From contig CAYXYC010000001.1 in the NCBI GenBank assembly GCA_964469225.1, positions 27,556-91,555 on the forward strand: 64,000 bases of DNA, written 5' to 3'. Origin of the DNA: an uncultured Candidatus Saccharibacteria bacterium (GTDB lineage: Bacteria; Patescibacteriota; Minisyncoccia; Phycocordibacterales; UBA9973). A program made the translations under genes and the position numbers. The first letter of the stretch is position 1. Each line of letters begins with the position of its first letter. Shown piece by piece: positions 47,645 through 56,443 of this stretch. The notes beneath the pieces are model-generated. The model saw nothing but the letters and a program-made list of their open reading frames with translations, was not told where the DNA came from and did no database searches.

Positions 47645-48502
47645 ATGAAAAATAAAAATAAATTTTCAGATCAAATTAGTAAAGCTATCGGCACGATTAA
47701 GGAGTGCCTTAGGAAAATGACTGCCGAAGCTATTTACCTTGGTCAGCAACCGTTAGAAAATGCTGACCATACCATCTCCCTTGCTGATCGTGTAATGCCC
47801 ATTACCCGTATGGCGGAAATGCTCATTGCCGACATTGCACTTCTTCTTAATCCAAAACACGATAAAGCAGAACACAAGGTACTGCATATCCAGGCAAAAA
47901 TTATTGAGGATACACTGGACGAAAAAATCATTGAGGAAGAGAAACGTCTTAATTTGGAGGGGCGTGAAAAAAGTGATTTACTCAAACCCGGATTATTTTG
48001 CCTGTTATGGCTTGTATCAGCGGTAGCTTTGTATTGGGGTGAAGCACGCTTCCTAACCGATTCACTACAAGTTGTTGCAACGACTCGGGCAGATGCGCTA
48101 ACCTATGCAGTTGGGATTTGCATGGCTCTTATAATCATCAGTCATGGAGTACCAATGTTTATCAATATTTATCTTTCGAAACCATGGATTAGAAGAATTA
48201 GCCGTGTTTTTTTATTCCTGTTTGTCGTTGGAATATTTTATGGTCTGGGGTATTGGAGAAGTAAATATTTACATGATATGGGAAAGTCAGCCCCACCACC
48301 ATGGCAGTTTGCCATTTTTAATCTCGGATTTTTCATTGCCTTCTATACCGTAGCTGAACTGCTTCTTCTTCCGTACGCACCAGCCCTCTGGTCAGCTTGC
48401 AAGAAGTTTTGGATACGGTTACGAAAAGAATGGTTCGCAAGGCGAAAAGTAAAAGCAAAAAACAGTGTGGTTATAATACCTGAAAATTTAATCCAGAAAT
48501 AG
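47645..48502 (+). CDS. Hypothetical membrane protein (about 4 TM) in the islet
   Basis: 285-aa ORF with ATG start and hydrophobic segments. Confidence 0.6.
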   Translation: MKNKNKFSDQISKAIGTIKECLRKMTAEAIYLGQQPLENADHTISLADRVMPITRMAEMLIADIALLLNPKHDKAEHKVLHIQAKIIEDTLDEKIIEEEKRLNLEGREKSDLLKPGLFCLLWLVSAVALYWGEARFLTDSLQVVATTRADALTYAVGICMALIIISHGVPMFINIYLSKPWIRRISRVFLFLFVVGIFYGLGYWRSKYLHDMGKSAPPPWQFAIFNLGFFIAFYTVAELLLLPYAPALWSACKKFWIRLRKEWFARRKVKAKNSVVIIPENLIQK

Positions 48503-48854
48503 ATTACAATGCCACAATTGCATCATAAATAGGATTTTTTAAAACCAAGGTTGCAAAGTTACAAAAAATCACTTTCTATCAATTAACCATTTTGTCCGAT
48601 GAATTAATACTATCGTTTAAATAGTCATATTGATAGTTGAATAATATTCTTACTTTTTTACACATTTCACTGCTTTTCAGTATAATATGTGGATAAAATG
48701 TTTTAACTTTCAAGAAAATTTCAATGAATATTCAATTGATTAAATTATATAAAAAAACAGGGCAAGCTTGCAGGCTTAACCCTGTTTATAATTTAATCAG
48801 GACTGACCAAGAGTCCTGTATTCACAATACCAAATATACCATGATTCCTCAGTT

Positions 48855-49523
48855 GTGCAAACTTTCATTATGGGGATTTATCCACTCTTCTTGGTCAGTT
48901 TTGAATGTAGAAGTTATATACCTCGAAAATCATTCAAATGGCTTATGGAACATAGTAATATTTCATGGAACCTGACGGATCACTCTGTGGTGGAAAATCA
49001 GTTGCTTTTTTTGCAAAGTAACTCCGAAGAAAGCATGTTTGTAACCACTCTAAAGGAGATTTGGCCAGAGAAGGATATTGCGGATTTGTTACCGGAAAAC
49101 AAAGTTCAACCTGAAGAGTTTTTTGCTCTTGTGGATGACTGTAAAGAAAAATGGGTTAGCTATAAAATCTTATGCGATACTCAGGAAGTGAATAATTTCT
49201 TAATTGGCTTAGTTGCACCTTTAAAATTATCCCCATTCGCAAACCTGTTAAAGTTAATCAAATCCAAAATTGACTTATCTGGCTTTACGAAACATCTTTC
49301 AAAGGTGGCGTCCGAACTCAATAGTGGTACTCCGGATCTTAGCAATAGATTAAGTGAAATTTTCCTTGTCGGAAAATCAATAAGTTTAGATGGCAAACTT
49401 CCATTTACTGTAACAGATACTCAAGCGGTGACCTTACTGGAATCTAATCCTGCCAATAAATTTACTGATTTACTTTTGTGCGTCATTATGGCATCAAAGA
49501 AATCAAAGGCATCCACATTCTGA
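48855..49523 (+). CDS. Hypothetical protein in the islet (start uncertain)
   Basis: 222-aa open frame, no motif recognised. Confidence 0.45.
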   Translation: MQTFIMGIYPLFLVSFECRSYIPRKSFKWLMEHSNISWNLTDHSVVENQLLFLQSNSEESMFVTTLKEIWPEKDIADLLPENKVQPEEFFALVDDCKEKWVSYKILCDTQEVNNFLIGLVAPLKLSPFANLLKLIKSKIDLSGFTKHLSKVASELNSGTPDLSNRLSEIFLVGKSISLDGKLPFTVTDTQAVTLLESNPANKFTDLLLCVIMASKKSKASTF

Positions 49524-49698
49524 ATAACCTCATACTCTCTGCCAACTACTCCCAGTACCGTATCGGTAAGGGGAGGGAATTACACTTGGAGCTAGTAAAA
49601 TTGTTTTTGGAATCTTTTAAGTTCACAATATAAAAAGCTGAACTTCGGTTCGGCTTTTTATATTGTGGAAACGCGCGAGTAAACTACTTTACTCGCGC

Positions 49699-50043
49699 GC
49701 AGGAATCGAAAAGCTTTTCCATGTTTGCGATAGCAAACGGAAAAGGTGTACTGTTCGTGTAACGAAAGATTGTCCTGCCGGGATCACAAAGCATGTATTT
49801 TAAAATAGTCCCCTGCGGGACTATTTTTGCTTTGTGATGACCGCAGTGGTGTTTTGCCAGTAGGCAAAACCACGAGGGGCGGGCTGCGAAAATTTCGAAC
49901 GGCGGTGAGAAATTATTTGTAGCCACAAGTAAATATTTCGAGCAAGCAAACTGCTTTGCTTGCGTGCAGGAATCGAAAGACTGGTGTTGTTTTGATTACA
50001 AAACCACCAATCACGCGCCGTAGGCGAGATTACCCTGCCGAGG
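49699..50043. repeat. Cluster of tRNA-Arg-derived structured repeat units
   Basis: gcaggaatcgaa (reverse complement of the T-arm) at 49699-710 and 49966-977, each followed by hairpins and a tRNA-3'-like copy (49773-87; degenerate at 50028-43). Confidence 0.7.
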
Positions 50044-50044
50044 T

Positions 50045-50620
50045 TTAATTTACCTTATCTACCTCCTCCAACAACTCTGGGAATTCTTCTGTTCCCATAT
50101 CTTCAAAACAGAAATGCCCCATTTTTTCAAATGATACAACGCGTGCATCTTTTATTTTTTCTGTAAGAATTTTCACGCTCTCTTGTACATCTGCCATATC
50201 ATCGGTAGAACTGAAAATAGTAATACCTTTTGTTTTTGAAATAATATTTTCATCAATACCAAACTCAAACATTTTGCTTTGAAGTGAATGTGTTGGATCA
50301 ATCCATGGCGCAACGAGAATTACTTTGCCGACATGAATATCATGTTCGCTCAAATACCTGACAATAAATCCAGCCCCACACGAATGCCCGATGAGAATTG
50401 TTTCTGTGTCGAGTGGGAAATATTCAAATACCTGTTTCCATGCATCGTAATCAGGTGCATACGGATGAGGCATCTCCGGTGTCTGTGCGAGAATATCCTT
50501 GACTATGAGTTGTCGTTGTATCCAGGGAAGCCAGTGGGAGTTTGATGCGGCGCCGTTTCGGGCATCACGGTGTTCATTTTCGCTATCCCACATTCCATGA
50601 ATAATGATTGCTGTTTTCAT
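50045..50620 (-). CDS. RBBP9/YdeN-family alpha/beta hydrolase
   Basis: IIHG, HWLPW, IGHSCGA nucleophile elbow, LVAPW, S.DD, GHF. Confidence 0.88.
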   Translation of the reverse strand: MKTAIIIHGMWDSENEHRDARNGAASNSHWLPWIQRQLIVKDILAQTPEMPHPYAPDYDAWKQVFEYFPLDTETILIGHSCGAGFIVRYLSEHDIHVGKVILVAPWIDPTHSLQSKMFEFGIDENIISKTKGITIFSSTDDMADVQESVKILTEKIKDARVVSFEKMGHFCFEDMGTEEFPELLEEVDKVN

Positions 50621-50625
50621 ACAAA

Positions 50626-51099
50626 TTAGAATCCCAGTTTTTCCATGAAGACAACTGATGGTGATTCATCAAGTTCATCCATAACAGTCAAAACTTTACT
50701 GAGTGATTCTTTAACATCCTGTTCAATATCTTGGGAAAGGGGAATGGTAAATGTTGGGAGAAATTTTTGACCAGTACGAATGAGAAGTTTACTGCCAGTA
50801 TCTGTTTTCTTTATTCGGAAGCCTTTCATTTTCTTCCACTCATGCTTTTCGTTGCCAATTGTGAATCCATCGGTTTCGATAGTGATTGTTATATCTCGTG
50901 GACGGCGAATATTGAAAAGAATGATTGATGCTCCACCAACAAGAATAAATACAGCAAACATATAATTACCAATAAAAATTGCCCCAACAGCAAATAGAAA
51001 GGCAACAATTCCTACACCCCAAAACCAATCAACGCTTCGCTCGATGTGATTGTATTCTGGAAAACTCCATGATGTTGTTTTGAGAATGATTTCGTCCAT
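50626..51099 (-). CDS. CPR conserved two-TM protein with PH-like C-domain
   Basis: W...EY.H.ER..DWFW, two TM helices, ends EKLGF. Confidence 0.7.
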   Translation of the reverse strand: MDEIILKTTSWSFPEYNHIERSVDWFWGVGIVAFLFAVGAIFIGNYMFAVFILVGGASIILFNIRRPRDITITIETDGFTIGNEKHEWKKMKGFRIKKTDTGSKLLIRTGQKFLPTFTIPLSQDIEQDVKESLSKVLTVMDELDESPSVVFMEKLGF

Positions 51100-51171
51100 A
51101 AGGATAGTATATCACCATCATTATAACAAAACACCTCCGACGATAATCGTCGGAGGTGTTTTTGAGGAAGC

Positions 51172-51987
51172 TTATTTCTTGATAACTGCTTGGAGGTCTG
51201 TTCGAGCCTTTGCAACAGCATCTTTGAATGCTTGTTCAGCAGACTTGATTGCAGTCTCGCGAGCCTTTTTCAATTCTGCGAGAGCTGGATTCTTGTCGCT
51301 GTTCTTTCTTGATTCTTGTAATGCTTTGCGGGCAGTATTTACAGTCTTGTTAAATGTTGCCTGTGCATTCTTACTTGAAACACCAGCGGCACAATCTGCC
51401 TTTGCTTTGGCAACCGCAGAATCAACAGTTGTTTTGAATGTTGCTATACCAGCATCAACAGTACTTGCGTGGTTTGCCATAAGGGCTACAAGTCCATCAC
51501 GGTAAACTTTGACGGCAGCATCAACTGCTGTTTGGCGAGCAGTAACTGCAGACTGGACTGCTGTTTTGTAAGTAGTGATAGCAGTTTTCTGTTCGTCAGT
51601 TTTTGCTTTTCCTGCCATTTTATCCCAATTCTCTGCTCGTTTGCCTTCTGATTTTGTGCGAGCTTCGGCGCGCTTTGCATCTATTTCACCTTCTTTCTTT
51701 GCAAGTTTTTCTGATTTTTCTGCAAGTTGTTTTGCTTGGCGAGCTTCAACAGCATTTACTTGGTCAGCAAATTTTGTTGATGCCTCACCGATACGAGCAC
51801 AGAAATTTGCGTTTGCCTTCTTTAATCCTGTGTCCTTGTCTTCAACTTTTGTTGGAGCAAGTGGATCAACGACAGGTCTTCCTTCTTCTGCGAATGCGAG
51901 CACTGGAAGCATTGTGAAAAGTGTTAAAACTCCCGCAACGCCCTTTTTAAAATTAGAATATATCATCTTGTTGTGTGACCAATTCAT
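51172..51987 (-). CDS. Secreted Ala/Lys-rich coiled-coil protein
   Basis: Signal peptide ending AFA-EE; helical repeats; operon with ECF sigma. Confidence 0.75.
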   Translation of the reverse strand: MNWSHNKMIYSNFKKGVAGVLTLFTMLPVLAFAEEGRPVVDPLAPTKVEDKDTGLKKANANFCARIGEASTKFADQVNAVEARQAKQLAEKSEKLAKKEGEIDAKRAEARTKSEGKRAENWDKMAGKAKTDEQKTAITTYKTAVQSAVTARQTAVDAAVKVYRDGLVALMANHASTVDAGIATFKTTVDSAVAKAKADCAAGVSSKNAQATFNKTVNTARKALQESRKNSDKNPALAELKKARETAIKSAEQAFKDAVAKARTDLQAVIKK

Positions 51988-52369
51988 CCATATTAGGAGA
52001 ATTAAGGTCGGTTATTAATAATTCTTCATCCATAATACTTTCATCTTCAATGGTTTGGTTCTCAACTGCAAGATCCATAATGACTTCGTCATAAGGCTTG
52101 CGGCTTGATAGAGAGAACGCGCCGATGAAAATAAGAAGTAGAAAGGTTGGAACCAATATTATGTTTCTTGTTTTCCATGCCATAGTAATTTCTTGTATAG
52201 TCTGGTTAATAATGTTCGACGCCCTTCTAATAGTATAACGCACGAGAATCGGTTTTGTGACTGTGGACTGCGAAAGTCCTTGTAGTGTGTGCCAAAAACG
52301 CATCCGATCTGGCGTCTCGTCGGTTTTGAAACTTTTCTCTATGTATATTTCGAATTCGTTATCAGTCAT
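51953..52369 (-). CDS. Putative single-TM anti-sigma factor
   Basis: ATG at 52369 overlaps the sigma stop; one TM helix and acidic tail. Confidence 0.55.
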   Translation of the reverse strand: MTDNEFEIYIEKSFKTDETPDRMRFWHTLQGLSQSTVTKPILVRYTIRRASNIINQTIQEITMAWKTRNIILVPTFLLLIFIGAFSLSSRKPYDEVIMDLAVENQTIEDESIMDEELLITDLNSPNMDELVTQQDDIF

Positions 52370-52928
52370 TTGTTTTTTCATAAAGTGTTCGTAATTTTTT
52401 GATCGCCCGTGAATGCGTTTGCCTGATCGCATCTTCTTTTTTACGGGTGATATCAGCAATTTCTCTATAAGAAAGGTTGTTTGTATAGAGTAGTGTGAGA
52501 ATTTCTTGTTGTTCTTCTGAAAGGTTTTTAATTAGCGTCTTAATATTTTGAATTGTTTCAGGGTCTTCTTCTACTGTCGCCTGTGATTCATATTCTATTT
52601 GATAAGTAACTACTTCATCAGAAATAATTTCCTGATGTGATTTTTTACGAAAAGTATCAATTATTATATTTCGCGCGCTGTGAAAGAAAAATGCTGTTGG
52701 TGATGTGTGTGATTCGTTCCATTCGGGCAATATTTTCCATACACGCATGAATACTGTTTGCGTAATATCCTCGGCATCTTGTTTGTTGCGTAGTCGGCTG
52801 TATATATAGCGGAATATCGGAGTATAGAGGTCGCGATATACTTCCTCAAATGCGTTCTCATCACCAGCCTTGGCTCGGAGGATTTTCTGGCGAATGTCTT
52901 CTTCTTGGTATGAGTAATTGCTGTTCAT
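52362..52928 (-). CDS. ECF-type RNA polymerase sigma factor
   Basis: GD.NAF, DAEDITQ.VF, ARN.IID.FR, LS..QQE.L.L....LSY.EIA. Confidence 0.92.
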   Translation of the reverse strand: MNSNYSYQEEDIRQKILRAKAGDENAFEEVYRDLYTPIFRYIYSRLRNKQDAEDITQTVFMRVWKILPEWNESHTSPTAFFFHSARNIIIDTFRKKSHQEIISDEVVTYQIEYESQATVEEDPETIQNIKTLIKNLSEEQQEILTLLYTNNLSYREIADITRKKEDAIRQTHSRAIKKLRTLYEKTND

Positions 52929-52974
52929 ATATATAACGAATGATACAGCGTTTTGTGACAGAGGGCTATGCTCA

Positions 52975-54132
52975 CTATTTTTGTGCTACGACTGCATTGT
53001 AAACCGCTGTTTTTACTTCTTCATCAAACATACTTGGAATAATACGGTCTTTGGTTGGGTTTTGTATTGTGTTTGCGAGAGCAACGGCAACAGCAATAAA
53101 AATATCATTGTGAAATTGCGGAATATTGTAATCAAGCATTGCCTTGAAAAGGTGAGGGAAGACAAGCGAATTATTTATTTGATTTGGAAAATCCGAACGA
53201 CCTGTTGCGACAATAAATGCCCCAGCGGAGTGTGCTTCGTCGGGTAGGATTTCAGGTGTTGGATTGGCGAGCGCAAAAATAATTGGTTTTTCGTTCATTT
53301 TTTGAATCATGTCTTTTGTGAGAACTCCTGGTTTTGAAAGTCCAATAAAGACATCAGCTCCAATAAGTGCGCCAGAAAGAACACCCTCGTTTCTCTCTAT
53401 TGTGCTTCCGTTTAGTAATTCTATTTTTTCTTTTGTTAAATCATTTCGGTTTTTGTGGATGATACCCTTGCTGTCACAGAAAATTGTTTTTGTTATTCCG
53501 TATGCGTGAAGAAGTCGTCCTGTCGCAACACCAGCTGCACCAACGCCAGATAGAACAATAACCACTTCTTCTTTTTTTGTTCCACGAAGACGAAGCGCAT
53601 TGATGAGTGCTCCGAGGGCAACAGTTGCCGCGCCCCACTGATCATCGTGCATAACAGGAATTGAAAGTTCTGTGCGGAGGCGTTCTTCGATTTCGAAACA
53701 GCGTGGAGCAGAAATATCTTCGAGATTAATACCGCCGAAGACGGGCGCAATTTGTTTGACCGCTTTTATTATTTCTTCGGTATCTTGTGTGTCCAAGCAA
53801 ATAGGAAAGGCATCCACTTCACCGAATTGTTTGAAAATCGCTGCCTTGCCTTCCATGACAGGAATTGCGGCGAGTGGCCCTAGATTTCCGAGTCCAAGGA
53901 TTGCTGAACCATCTGAAACAACAGCAACCATATTTCGTTTGATAGTATAGTCGCGTGCAGTTTTTGGATTCTCGGCAATTACTTCACATACTCCAGCAAC
54001 TCCGGGGGTGTATGCGAGTGAAAGTTCTGCGCGATTAGTGAGAGGGATAGTTGGATTAACAGAGAGTTTGCCGTGATGTGTTTTGTGAAGTTCTTTTGAT
54101 TGTTCGTACAGTGGATTCATAGGTTCAAGCAT
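52975..54132 (-). CDS. NAD(P)-dependent malic enzyme
   Basis: AYTPGVA, GLGNLGP.A..PVMEGKA, INLEDISAP.CF, HDDQ, G.GAAG, ATGRSDFPNQINN. Confidence 0.93.
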   Translation of the reverse strand: MLEPMNPLYEQSKELHKTHHGKLSVNPTIPLTNRAELSLAYTPGVAGVCEVIAENPKTARDYTIKRNMVAVVSDGSAILGLGNLGPLAAIPVMEGKAAIFKQFGEVDAFPICLDTQDTEEIIKAVKQIAPVFGGINLEDISAPRCFEIEERLRTELSIPVMHDDQWGAATVALGALINALRLRGTKKEEVVIVLSGVGAAGVATGRLLHAYGITKTIFCDSKGIIHKNRNDLTKEKIELLNGSTIERNEGVLSGALIGADVFIGLSKPGVLTKDMIQKMNEKPIIFALANPTPEILPDEAHSAGAFIVATGRSDFPNQINNSLVFPHLFKAMLDYNIPQFHNDIFIAVAVALANTIQNPTKDRIIPSMFDEEVKTAVYNAVVAQK

Positions 54133-54197
54133 AGCATGATTGGGTGGGGGGAGGAAAAGAGAGAAAAGTAAATAATTTTAGGTGCAAAATTTTATTT

Positions 54198-54336
54198 TGG
54201 CGGAGGCGGTGAGATTCGGTCACGAATCACTAAGTATTTTATTTCGTTCTACTCATAAAATACAAAGTGTTCGCGACCCCGGCTCGACGACACCGACTAA
54301 TGTCGGCGTATACCGTCTGCGCCTTTCGAATCTCAC
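54198..54336 (-). repeat. tRNA-Ser-derived structured repeat unit, downstream of the tRNA
   Basis: gcggaggcggtgagattcg at 54200-18 equals 54395-413; inverted ttcgaatctcac at 54325-36; two internal hairpins. Confidence 0.75.
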
Positions 54337-54395
54337 AAGCATCCCTCAATGATAACAAAAAATAACTGGGCGAACCCAGTCATTTTTTGTCATTG

Positions 54396-54482
54396 CGGAG
54401 GCGGTGAGATTCGAACTCACGAGGAGCTTTCACCCCTGACAGTTTTCAAGACTGTTCCTTTCAACCACTCAGGCACGCCTCC
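54396..54482 (-). tRNA. tRNA-Ser(UGA)
   Basis: GGAGGCG...ACAGT-CT-TGA-AA-ACTGT, long variable arm, GTTCGAATC. Confidence 0.93.
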
Positions 54483-54654
54483 AATTTTTATTTAATTTTT
54501 CTATCGAAAGCGTGCCTTCGTGTCCTCTCGGACCCTTCCTTAGAACTTGCTCGCTTCGCTCGCATCAGTTCTTTCTGATAGTAATCAGAACCATATAAAA
54601 TGTAAAGCAGTTCACATTTTATAGGCACGCCTCCTTATTATTTTAGCCAACTTT

Positions 54655-54882
54655 TTATAATTTTGTTTTAAACGCTTGAAAGAAATCCTTCGGCGTTTTC
54701 TTGGCTATGTAGAAAATATAGAAGATATCCAAAAGGGCAAAAGTATTGAGTAGAACGAGAGCAATAAACCATCGCTTATGATGAAGTTTCGCTGCTGTCC
54801 AAAGTGAGTATGCTTTCCATGGGAGAACCCATACGAGCGATATAATCACAAGCCAAATATTACCAGTGGATAGTGCTTCCAT
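54655..54882 (-). CDS. Small membrane protein (DUF5652-like)
   Basis: W.LPWK..SLW.AA.....WF..L..LNT..LL.I.YIF. Confidence 0.75.
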   Translation of the reverse strand: MEALSTGNIWLVIISLVWVLPWKAYSLWTAAKLHHKRWFIALVLLNTFALLDIFYIFYIAKKTPKDFFQAFKTKL

Positions 54883-54959
54883 GCGGGCATCATACCAGAA
54901 ATACTTGTTGAGGGCAATTGATATACATAGTATTAAGTATTTGGTATAAAGTATATAGT

Positions 54960-55379
54960 ATGAAATATTTAGGGATAGACTATGGAAGTAAACGGGTAGG
55001 TCTTGCCCTCTCGGATGAGAGCGGAATGCTTGCTTTTCCGTACAAGATTTTAAAAAATGACATGGCGCTTGTTGAAATGATTCATAATATCTGCGGAGAA
55101 GAGAATATTTCTGCTATTGTCCTTGGTGAGTCACATGATCTCTCAGGGGAACCAAACAAAATAATGGGAAGCATTGAAGAGTTTAAGAGAAATATTGAAA
55201 CAGAACTTGATCTGCCTGTTTACTTCCAAAAAGAATTTATGACAAGTATTGAAGCTCGTGGCAGAGTCGGCAAAGAGAGAAACAATGCTCGACAAGTTCA
55301 GAAAGAAAAGCAGGGTGCAGTTGATGCATCAGCTGCCGCACTCATATTACAAAGATATTTGGATAAGAAGAATAATTAA
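54960..55379 (+). CDS. ruvX: Pre-16S rRNA nuclease YqgF/RuvX
   Basis: LGIDYG.KRVGLALSD, E..TS, VDA.AA.LILQ.YLD. Confidence 0.92.
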   Translation: MKYLGIDYGSKRVGLALSDESGMLAFPYKILKNDMALVEMIHNICGEENISAIVLGESHDLSGEPNKIMGSIEEFKRNIETELDLPVYFQKEFMTSIEARGRVGKERNNARQVQKEKQGAVDASAAALILQRYLDKKNN

Positions 55380-55387
55380 TAAATATT

Positions 55388-55741
55388 ATGGAATACATAA
55401 CCTACGACGAATTTAAGAAAATGGATATTCGAGTTGGTACTATTCGAGAAATTGAACCCGTACCTGAAACCGACAAATTACTTCGCTGTCAGATTGATTT
55501 CGGTGAAGTAGATGAAGAGGGAAAAAATAAACTTCGCCAAATTGTTTCAGGTATTAGAGAATATTACCCAGAATATGAAAAATTAATCGGTAAACAAGTG
55601 CTCTATATTGTGAATCTTGAACCGCGAACAATCAAAGGGTTTGAGAGTCATGGAATGCTCATGGCGGTTGATGGACAAGATGGTAATCCAGTATTTCTCG
55701 TTCCAGATCGTGAAGTACCGCCTGGAAGTAGTGTCCACTAG
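55388..55741 (+). CDS. tRNA-binding OB-fold protein (Trbp111/CsaA/MetG C-terminal-like)
   Basis: F.K.DIRVG.I, DKLL, RQIVSGI, NLEPR...G.ES.GM. Confidence 0.88.
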   Translation: MEYITYDEFKKMDIRVGTIREIEPVPETDKLLRCQIDFGEVDEEGKNKLRQIVSGIREYYPEYEKLIGKQVLYIVNLEPRTIKGFESHGMLMAVDGQDGNPVFLVPDREVPPGSSVH

Positions 55742-55791
55742 TGGTTTTCTGTTTTTAAATTTATAAACTTTATAACTTCAAAAAATAATTT

Positions 55792-56403
55792 ATGCTTGAC
55801 CCCGTTAATATTATTACAACCGCAGGGCTACTTGGTGTAGCGCTCGTTGTATTTACTGAGTCGGCATTTTTCTTCGGTTTCTTTTTGCCGGGGGACACGC
55901 TTCTCTTTGCTTCTGGTATTTTTGCATTGCAAGGATTTTTTCCGCTCTGGCTTATTATTCTCTGTATTGCATCTGCGTCAATTCTTGGAAATAGTGTTGG
56001 ATATTGGACTGGCAAAAAAATAGGAAGAAAATTTTTTGAACGCGAGGCATCACTTTTCTTTAATAAAAAACGCATCTATGATGCTGAACATTTTTACGAG
56101 CGTCACGGCGCAATTACTATTGTTATCGCACGATTCATTCCGATTGTTCGAACATTCGCACCGATTATTGCTGGTGTGGGACAAATGAAAAAGATAACAT
56201 TTGTTATTTTTAATATCATTGGAGGATTTCTCTGGGCAATTGTTGTTCCGTCGATTGGTTATTATTTCGGTTCACTCATTCCGAATCCTGATCGTTTTCT
56301 GTTGCCAATTGTGCTTCTTGTTGTTGGTATTTCAATTCTTCCTGTTTTATTTAATGCCTCTCGTCATTTAATTTTACGAAGAAGACATTCTCATCACGAG
56401 TAA
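55792..56403 (+). CDS. DedA/VTT-family membrane protein
   Basis: F.ES....GFFLPGD.LLF, ARFIP..RTFAP..AG. Confidence 0.92.
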   Translation: MLDPVNIITTAGLLGVALVVFTESAFFFGFFLPGDTLLFASGIFALQGFFPLWLIILCIASASILGNSVGYWTGKKIGRKFFEREASLFFNKKRIYDAEHFYERHGAITIVIARFIPIVRTFAPIIAGVGQMKKITFVIFNIIGGFLWAIVVPSIGYYFGSLIPNPDRFLLPIVLLVVGISILPVLFNASRHLILRRRHSHHE

Positions 56404-56443
56404 TATTTCTTTTATTTGAAATCAGGGAAGGGTATAATAAGGT

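Larger units (their letters stand above)
45693..49772. mobile_element. Small genomic islet at the tRNA-Arg 3' end (recombinase plus two ORFans)
   Basis: tcctgccgggatcac at 45678-45692 repeated at 49773-49787; low coding density; right boundary uncertain. Confidence 0.55.

Noticed and set aside
48688-48696. Perfect DnaA box (tgtggataa) inside the islet as a second origin
   Set aside because: Single isolated 9-mer in AT-rich DNA; chance occurrence is plausible
51050-52018. Long plus-strand ORFs 51050..51505 and 51575..52018
   Set aside because: Antisense shadows of the Ala/Lys-rich gene on the minus strand
54198-54218. Second tRNA-Ser gene (and likewise a second tRNA-Val at 59138)
   Set aside because: Only about 19-21 nt of the 3' end is present, with no D or anticodon arm; treated as a repeat unit instead
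55797-55812. gaccccgttaat at the dedA start resembles the left end of the GIY-YIG element
   Set aside because: Only a partial match, no partner inverted repeat or target duplication; it reads as a normal MLDPV N-terminus
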